DNA of 64,000 nt. Source: Candidatus Krumholzibacteriia bacterium. Lineage in GTDB: Bacteria; Krumholzibacteriota; Krumholzibacteriia; JAJRXK01. The notes under the pieces were generated by a model. That model was not told the DNA's origin. It was given only the letters and a program-made list of their open reading frames with translations, and did not search any database. The stretch lies in the NCBI GenBank assembly GCA_041484665.1, contig JBGPIA010000003.1:128001-192000 (forward strand). Reading direction: 5' to 3'. This document shows, piece after piece, positions 57,912-64,000 of the stretch; within the stretch, counting starts at the first letter, position 1; the number at the start of each line of letters is the position of its first letter. A program made the position numbers and the translations under genes.

Positions 57912-60125
57912 ATGGAACTCCACGACCCATTCGCCCGCCACGTTGGCCAGACCATCTTCCTGCTCGTGGTCGCGCTCGGCCCCATCCCGCTGTGCTTGCG
58001 GATGCTTCACGCGTTCCGCCGTGACATCGAACCGGCGGACTTTGGCCACGCGCACATCACCCTGTTCCTGTGCTGGTATACGTTGCAGACGACCCTGGCG
58101 CTCCTCCTGGGACTGCTGCATCAGTTCCAGCTGCGGGCGGTGCTTCTTGCAGAAGGACTCCTGCTGGTGGCTGGAGTGGTTTCGCTCGTCATCCTGGGTC
58201 GCAGCGCGAAGCGCGCATCCCTGACTCCCCTGCTCTGGCCGAAGCAGCCTTCCATTCCCCAGGCCACGTTGCTCGTGCTGTTCTTCTTCGTCACGTGCCT
58301 TTCCCTCTGGGGCATCTTGTCGAAACCCACCCACAACTTCGACTCACTGGCCTACCATCTGCCGGTGATGGCGCAGTGGGTGCGCACCATGAAGCTCACT
58401 GTCCTCTCCGACCTACACCAGCTCGCTCGCTACCCGTTCAATATGGAGTTGGTCTCTGCCCTCGTGGCAATTCCCTTCGGCGACGACCTGCTCGTCGCGC
58501 TCCCCAATCTCCTTGCCTGGATCGCTCTCGGTCTGGCTGTAACCTTGCTCGGTCGACAGATGGGTGCTTCGAGCCTTCAGTCGCTGGCCGCCGCGCTGCT
58601 CGTTCTCACCACACGCAGCATGCTCTCACGCATCAATGCCGTTCAACCGGACATCACAGTTGCGGCGTTCTTCCTGGCTGGCTTGTACTTTGGTCTTCGC
58701 TTCGCCCAGAGAGAGTCGGAACTCGACCTTGCCATGCTCCTCTGTTCACTTGCGCAGCTCGCAGGCTTGAAGATGTCGTGCCTGCCCTACGTGGTCCTGC
58801 TCCTCGCAGCTGTGCTGGCGGCGCGCTGTCTCAACGCAAGAGAGGCTGGACGTCGCTGGCAAGACTCATTGCGGGTCAGCAGTCCGGCGCTGAGGACCGG
58901 CCTCCTGGTGCTCGCGGTTGCGTTTCTCCCCGCCATCTACTGGTATGGTCGTAATCTCCTGGATCTCGGAAACCCCTTGGGCTTCATCGAGCTCAAAGTG
59001 GGGCGCACTCAGATCTTCGCGGGCGACGTAACGCAGGAGTTCTGGAAAAGGACCGCGTTGGCCTCCGTGTTCGACGCGGCTCGCCTCCACGACTGGAGGA
59101 TCCTCACCGAAGTCATCTTGAAGTTCTTGGGGTTGCGCTTCGTGCTCATGCTCTTTCTGGGGCTGGCGGCCTTGGTGGGAACGGTGCGCGGATCCCTACG
59201 AGCCCCCAAGCGCTCCGCGATCGTTCTCTTCGCGCTGGTGATGCTCACTGCGATTGTCTATTGGCATTCCCCCTACAGCGGTGACAACGGAACGCACGAT
59301 TGGAAGCTCACTCCCTGGTTCGAGGTGGGCCTGCGCTACGGATATGTCTGCCTCGGAGTTCTTGGTGTGACTGCGGCCATGGGCCTGAGGGTGGTGGGCC
59401 TGCAGGATCCCTGGGTGGTGGGGCTATCAACCCTGAGTTGTCTACTTGGCGTGATGGTTGGCCTGAAGCCAGGAGCGCCGGCTTCGATCGCTGCGCTGGG
59501 TCTTGCGCTCGTCCTCGTACTTGCCCAGCGCAGGATCCGTCTGCCCGTGGCGCCGCGCGCGCTCATCAGCACAGGAGTCGCTCTTGCGTTCGTGATCTTC
59601 CTGGGTGTCTCGTGGCGTGCGAGGGCAGCTCGTGAGGTCGAGCGCAATCGCTTCTATGGACCGCTCTATTCCTTCATGGAAGCCCAGGTGGAGCCCACCG
59701 CGACCGTGGGGTACGTGAACATGGTGGCGATCTATCCTCTGGTGGGCAGGGCATGGACGCGCGATCTGGTTGCGGCAGAGCCTTCGACGGACAGCTACGA
59801 GGAGTGGGTCCGGTGCTTGAAGGCGAAGGGGATCAGTGTCGTCGTCGTGGGGCAGGGGCCGGCTGCGGTCGACGCCTTGGCCGTTGAGCGTGTGCAGCGG
59901 TGGCTGCTCGGCGAACCGCCTGAGTTCGAGCTGCTCCAGCGTACCCAGTACCAAGGCGAAGGTGTCTCCCTGTATCGGCTGAGGAGGCTTGACGGATCGG
60001 CGCAGGGTGTTCCCTCCCAGCAGCCTTGCGCCCAGCGCACTCGACCGGTTGCTTCGGGATGGGTCCGTGGAATCCCCACGGGGCAGCACGACGCCGAAGA
60101 TCGCGCTCCCAGTGTGAAGGTCTGA
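57912..60125 (+). CDS. Large polytopic membrane protein, probable GT-C glycosyltransferase
   Basis: Many TM segments; DSLAYHLP, YPFNMEL, D..VA, K, YWYGRNL...GNP; atypical codon usage. Confidence 0.7.
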   Translation: MELHDPFARHVGQTIFLLVVALGPIPLCLRMLHAFRRDIEPADFGHAHITLFLCWYTLQTTLALLLGLLHQFQLRAVLLAEGLLLVAGVVSLVILGRSAKRASLTPLLWPKQPSIPQATLLVLFFFVTCLSLWGILSKPTHNFDSLAYHLPVMAQWVRTMKLTVLSDLHQLARYPFNMELVSALVAIPFGDDLLVALPNLLAWIALGLAVTLLGRQMGASSLQSLAAALLVLTTRSMLSRINAVQPDITVAAFFLAGLYFGLRFAQRESELDLAMLLCSLAQLAGLKMSCLPYVVLLLAAVLAARCLNAREAGRRWQDSLRVSSPALRTGLLVLAVAFLPAIYWYGRNLLDLGNPLGFIELKVGRTQIFAGDVTQEFWKRTALASVFDAARLHDWRILTEVILKFLGLRFVLMLFLGLAALVGTVRGSLRAPKRSAIVLFALVMLTAIVYWHSPYSGDNGTHDWKLTPWFEVGLRYGYVCLGVLGVTAAMGLRVVGLQDPWVVGLSTLSCLLGVMVGLKPGAPASIAALGLALVLVLAQRRIRLPVAPRALISTGVALAFVIFLGVSWRARAAREVERNRFYGPLYSFMEAQVEPTATVGYVNMVAIYPLVGRAWTRDLVAAEPSTDSYEEWVRCLKAKGISVVVVGQGPAAVDALAVERVQRWLLGEPPEFELLQRTQYQGEGVSLYRLRRLDGSAQGVPSQQPCAQRTRPVASGWVRGIPTGQHDAEDRAPSVKV

Positions 60126-60183
60126 CCCACCGCACCACGCGCCCGCGCGCGGCCGCGGCGCGCTGTGGCCATGCACCGCTGCT

Positions 60184-61773
60184 CTAGTCAAGGCCGTCGA
60201 GGTAGGCCTTGACCTCGTCGTAGACCTCGCGCCGCAGCCCGGTGCGGTCATTGAGCAGGCGTTTGAGCTCCAGCTTGCTGGTGTATTTCACGTGGATGAA
60301 CTTGCGCAGGGCCTTGACCGGCAGGCGTACCGGCGAGCGGAGCAGCAGAAGCGGCACGTTCTTGTTGGCGTAGCCGCTGTGCAGGGGCTTGCTCTCGCAG
60401 ATGAGCTCCAGCACGCGCAGGTTGCGGCAGCTGACGGCGACCATCGCCACGAGGCCCGGCGTGGAGATGACCTTGGAGTTCTTGAGCAGGCCCAGCAGCA
60501 CGCTGGTGTTGGTGATATTGGCGAGCACCAGGTCCTTGATCGTCGCGAACTCGTCCTGCGGAGTCGCCTCGGTGGGCGCGAGCGGCAGCGGTAGCCCCAC
60601 CGGAGCGTAGACGCGACGCGCGGCCGATGGATCGAACGGCAAGCGCAGGATGCCGTCGGCCAGCTCCACGCCCGCCGGCAGCGCGGGCTGCAGGGCCGCG
60701 CAGACCTCGCGCCCGGCGGGCAGCGTCACGCAGCGGTCGGCGTTGAAGTCCAACGCGAGCAGCACGGCCTCTACGGCATCCAGCGCGCGCGGGCGCAGCC
60801 CGGCCTCGTGAAGCACCACCCCCAGCCCGAGCAGACGCTCGGCGTAGTAGGCCAGCATCCGCCCCGGCAGTGGCGAGCGCTGGATGCCCGACAGCAGACG
60901 TCGCACGAGCTGCAGCCGCGGCTCGAGCCCGACGCGGGAGAGCAGCCGGCGGATCTCGTCGGTCTCGAGGTAGTCACGCAACAGTGGATGCTGTTCCTGG
61001 AAGATGGCCGATCGGCCGTGCTGCTCGAGGGCCTCGACGAACGCAAGGTGGTCGCGCACCTCGGAGTCAGCGCCGCTGAGGATCGGCATGACGAGGGAGA
61101 CGGCTCGCGAAGAATAGGGGTTGATCGAGCCTGCCAGCTCGCTCGCGCGCTGCTCGGAAGCCAAGAGCTCCAGGCGGGCCAGCTCCACGAAGCAGCTGAT
61201 CGCCGCCTCGGCCAGCACGCCCCGCTCATCGAGCTGGCGCACGACCGCGGCGAACGCCAGCCGCGGGACACGCGCCGGGCCCAGATCCAGCGGCGAGGGC
61301 AGCCCGCCCGCGTCGTGCCCGACCTTGTCGAGCACGTGCGCGTGGCGCTCCTGGGCTCGCGCCAGGCGGTCCAGCAGGTCGCACTCGGCCGCCGACAGTA
61401 CCTTCGCGCGGTCGCGGCGGTGCTGGTAGCGCTGTGCGATGCGGTGCAGGCTGCGGAACTCGCGGATGCGCTCGATCACCTCCGGCCCCGGCGCGCGCAC
61501 GGCCAAGAGCGCGGCGAGCGCAGCGACGCCGAACGGCTGTCCGGAGGCCGAGGCGGCGACGATCCCCTCCAGCGCGCCCACCAGCGAGGGCTCCCCCAGC
61601 CGCTTGCGCAGCCACCCGTACAGGGCGCGGGAGCGCGAGGCGACGTCGGACTCCCCGGCAAGTTCTTCCAGGAGGTCCACGGCCTCCCGCTCGATCCGGA
61701 CACGGCCCAGCAGGTGGGTTGGAGTGTCGAGGAGAGGCTCGGTCGGGAGGGCAATGTACTGGTTCTGCGCCAC
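60184..61773 (-). CDS. Hypothetical alpha-helical protein; conserved-looking C-terminal helical repeat domain
   Basis: Long ORF with host codon bias; C-terminus LLGLLKNSKV...VPLLLLRSPVRLP...LELKRL; start uncertain. Confidence 0.65.
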   Translation of the reverse strand: MAQNQYIALPTEPLLDTPTHLLGRVRIEREAVDLLEELAGESDVASRSRALYGWLRKRLGEPSLVGALEGIVAASASGQPFGVAALAALLAVRAPGPEVIERIREFRSLHRIAQRYQHRRDRAKVLSAAECDLLDRLARAQERHAHVLDKVGHDAGGLPSPLDLGPARVPRLAFAAVVRQLDERGVLAEAAISCFVELARLELLASEQRASELAGSINPYSSRAVSLVMPILSGADSEVRDHLAFVEALEQHGRSAIFQEQHPLLRDYLETDEIRRLLSRVGLEPRLQLVRRLLSGIQRSPLPGRMLAYYAERLLGLGVVLHEAGLRPRALDAVEAVLLALDFNADRCVTLPAGREVCAALQPALPAGVELADGILRLPFDPSAARRVYAPVGLPLPLAPTEATPQDEFATIKDLVLANITNTSVLLGLLKNSKVISTPGLVAMVAVSCRNLRVLELICESKPLHSGYANKNVPLLLLRSPVRLPVKALRKFIHVKYTSKLELKRLLNDRTGLRREVYDEVKAYLDGLD

Positions 61774-61849
61774 GCCCCACGGGCGAGCAACCTTTGCACC
61801 AGACGCCACAGGGGATCCCGTGGCCCGCTCGCGGCCGACCCTCCCGCGG

Positions 61850-63499
61850 TCATTCCCTCGCGTGGGCCATGAGGCGCACGCCCAGCTCGAGGGCATTGCC
61901 GCGGTCGCCGCCGGCTGCCGCGGCCAGATAGGCGGCCAGATCGAGGTCACCGGTGCGGGCCGAGAGCGCCGCGACGCCTCGCGCTCCGCCGGCCGGCACC
62001 CACGCTCCCACCGCCCCGTAACCGGGCGCAGCGATGGCCCACGGCGCCGCGCCCCCGGAGCAAGCGGCCGCCGCCAGCAGCCAGTGCGCGCCCGCCGTAC
62101 CGCCCAGTGCCCCGCGAATGGCCGTTGCGATCAAGATGCTTCCACCTCCGCTCGCACTCCACAGGCGGCGGGCGGCGACCTCCCGCTGGGGCCCGCCGAT
62201 CCCGGGTGGATCTCGCCAACGGACTGCGGTCGTCAGCTCGGGCGAGGCGGGTCCGGGACCCTCCAGATCGACGCGAGCCCAGGCTCGCCACAGCCCCGCG
62301 GGGCCGGGCCCCTCGGCGTCTGCCTCGAAGCGGTCCTGCGTGCGCTCCGCCCCCGGCGCACCCCGGCGCATGCGCCGCGCGAGGAACGTCGCGGACCAGC
62401 GGTCCACCCGGCGCACGAGCGTCGCCTGCAGCGCCCCATGTGGGCGATCGAGCGGCAGCCGCGTGATGGGATCCTCTCCTTCGCCCAGGCCCGCCGGATC
62501 GGCGGTGAGCGCCAGCCCCAGGCGGGCGCGCTCGCCGCGCGCCTCCAGTGCCGCAGCCACACGGGCCGGTGAGTGGGATGGCATTGCCAGCTCGCAGCGC
62601 AGGCGCGCAGTGCCGCGCGTGCGCTGGACCCACAGCCCCGTCTGCGCGTCGCCGCCGTGGACGGCCAGGGCGCCGCCCACTACGAGCGCCCCCCCGTCAC
62701 CGAGCGCGTGGCTGCCCGCCACGAGGGCGCGGCGGCGCCCCGAGATCGGGTCATCCGCGAGTGCGGCCAACGCCGCGAGCCGGGACAGTCGGGTAGCCCC
62801 CGCCAGTCCGCGCCAGCGGGGCGGCGCCGTGGCAGTGTAAGGGCGCAGCCCGAAGCGCTCCCCCAGCGCGACCGGGCCCGTGCGGCTGCGCGCAGCGGGC
62901 TCTCCCAGCAGCAGCCCCGAGCCCGTGGCCGGTTGCAGGTCGCCGACCACGAGCTCCAGACGCTCGCCGTGCACGTCCAGTGCGCCGCGTTGCAGCGCCG
63001 CGCCACCCGACGACCGCCGCAGGCGCGCCAGCGCGCGTGCCGCTCCCCACTGCAGCTGCGCCCATCCGCCGTGACGGCTGGAGCCCGCACTGTCCAGAGC
63101 CGACTCCAGCCGGACCGAGAGCGCCGGCCGTGGCGCTGCGGGCGACAGCGAAACGAACGGACGCAGCGCCTCCAGGATCTCGGCGTCGATGCCCGGCACG
63201 AGCCGCAGGTCCTCGATCCGCTGCAAGGCTCCCGCGTCGCGCAGCCCGACGATGGCATCGGCGGTGAGCGGATCGATCCACGGCAAGAGTACCAGCTCGG
63301 TCGCGGTGGCTTCGCGCAAGTCGAGCGGCTGCTCGAGCCAGCGTTGCAGCGCCTCCAACACGTCCTCGTCGTCATCCGCGCGGGCCATGGGCGCCACCAC
63401 GGCGAGCAAGCACGCTAGCGCCGCGAGGCGACTCAGCAGCGGCCGCACACCCAGACGGCCGGCGGGGCGCGGTCGGCTCCACGCGTAGCGGGGGCTCAT
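61850..63499 (-). CDS. Secreted ComEA-like helix-hairpin-helix protein with probable C-terminal beta-barrel
   Basis: Signal peptide ending ARA; PLDLREATATELVLLPWI...A.AIV..R...IEDLRLVPGI; amphipathic beta strands downstream. Confidence 0.72.
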   Translation of the reverse strand: MSPRYAWSRPRPAGRLGVRPLLSRLAALACLLAVVAPMARADDDEDVLEALQRWLEQPLDLREATATELVLLPWIDPLTADAIVGLRDAGALQRIEDLRLVPGIDAEILEALRPFVSLSPAAPRPALSVRLESALDSAGSSRHGGWAQLQWGAARALARLRRSSGGAALQRGALDVHGERLELVVGDLQPATGSGLLLGEPAARSRTGPVALGERFGLRPYTATAPPRWRGLAGATRLSRLAALAALADDPISGRRRALVAGSHALGDGGALVVGGALAVHGGDAQTGLWVQRTRGTARLRCELAMPSHSPARVAAALEARGERARLGLALTADPAGLGEGEDPITRLPLDRPHGALQATLVRRVDRWSATFLARRMRRGAPGAERTQDRFEADAEGPGPAGLWRAWARVDLEGPGPASPELTTAVRWRDPPGIGGPQREVAARRLWSASGGGSILIATAIRGALGGTAGAHWLLAAAACSGGAAPWAIAAPGYGAVGAWVPAGGARGVAALSARTGDLDLAAYLAAAAGGDRGNALELGVRLMAHARE

Positions 63500-63999
63500 G
63501 GCGCACCTCCCGCCGAGAGCGAGACGCCCAGCGCCGCCCCGGCGCCGACCGCCGAGACGACGGGCACGGCCACGCTAACCGTCGCCGCGCGTACGCGCAG
63601 GACTGCGACCAGCTCGCCGTCGGACTCGCCGCCGCGCACTGCCAGCACCAGTGCGTGCCCCAGCGCGGCCCGCAGCCCCACCCGCCACGTCGGCGGACCG
63701 CCGTAGCGCGACGAGCGGCGCGCGACGCCGGCGGCCCAGCCGTCGCCGTAGACGTGCGCGCTCCACTCCAGCTGCGAACCGGCCGAGTTTGGGCTCGGGT
63801 GCAGCGGGCCTTCGAAGCGCGCTCCGGCGGCAGCGCGCCGGCCCAGGAACGCCGCATTCGCCGCAACGCGCAGTTGGGAGAAGCGGTCGATGCCCGCCAC
63901 CTCGGATTGCACGGCCTCCAGCCGCGCGCCAGCCGCCAACCTGGGCCCGCGCGCCCGCAGCTCCACAGCAGCCGCCAGCTCGTTCAGCGCGCCAGCCCG
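63496..63999 (-). CDS. C-terminal part of a hypothetical (beta-strand-rich, possibly outer-membrane) protein; runs off the window end
   Basis: Frame open to the edge; stop overlaps the HhH gene start (ATGA). Confidence 0.5.
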   Translation of the reverse strand, partial: RAGALNELAAAVELRARGPRLAAGARLEAVQSEVAGIDRFSQLRVAANAAFLGRRAAAGARFEGPLHPSPNSAGSQLEWSAHVYGDGWAAGVARRSSRYGGPPTWRVGLRAALGHALVLAVRGGESDGELVAVLRVRAATVSVAVPVVSAVGAGAALGVSLSAGGAP

Positions 64000-64000
64000 C

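Overview
A very GC-rich diderm bacterial chromosome segment, mostly core genes on the minus strand. The T9SS translocon SprA and the rpoN-hpf-hprK-mannose-PTS layout suggest an FCB-associated lineage outside Bacteroidota (inference). Contents in order: 5' part of sprA; lptF/lptG; a PKD lipoprotein; a long minus-strand block (rplU-rpmA-kdsB-pyrG-kdsA-kdsC-kdsD-lpxL-lptC-lptB-rpoN-hpf-hprK-PTS IIA/B/C/D-HPr-EI-pgi/pmi-nucleotidyltransferase-metK); trxB; a pterin cluster (SDR, two PTPS-II-type genes, folE); an arnC/LAB_N/arnT-like cassette with two +1 frameshifts; purN, a beta-propeller lipoprotein, lnt, a degenerate sigma-54 activator and purM; a membrane HD-GYP module; pfkB kinase, argS, rsfS, polyprenyl synthase, tatC, nrdR, glyA, ilvE, LMW phosphatase, tsaC, purE, purD and an aminotransferase; two GT-C-like membrane proteins; a hypothetical protein; and a ComEA-like HhH protein. 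No rRNA, tRNA, CRISPR or transposase was seen. The best leads missed by the ORF track are: (1) a 12-codon Trp-terminated micro-ORF (MIAWLLGSKIKW) with a strong SD between a LeuA-regulatory-like gene and a multi-TM HD-GYP gene, a candidate peptide-sensing cyclic-dinucleotide system; (2) a ~140-nt long-hairpin RNA candidate behind a sigma-54 motif; (3) a UGA-recoded SelW/Rdx selenoprotein with a SECIS; (4) a sigma-54 site abutting a sigma-70 -35 upstream of the rpoN operon, plus a sigma-54-preceded bEBP that appears catalytically dead. All calls come from reading the sequence; no searches were run.
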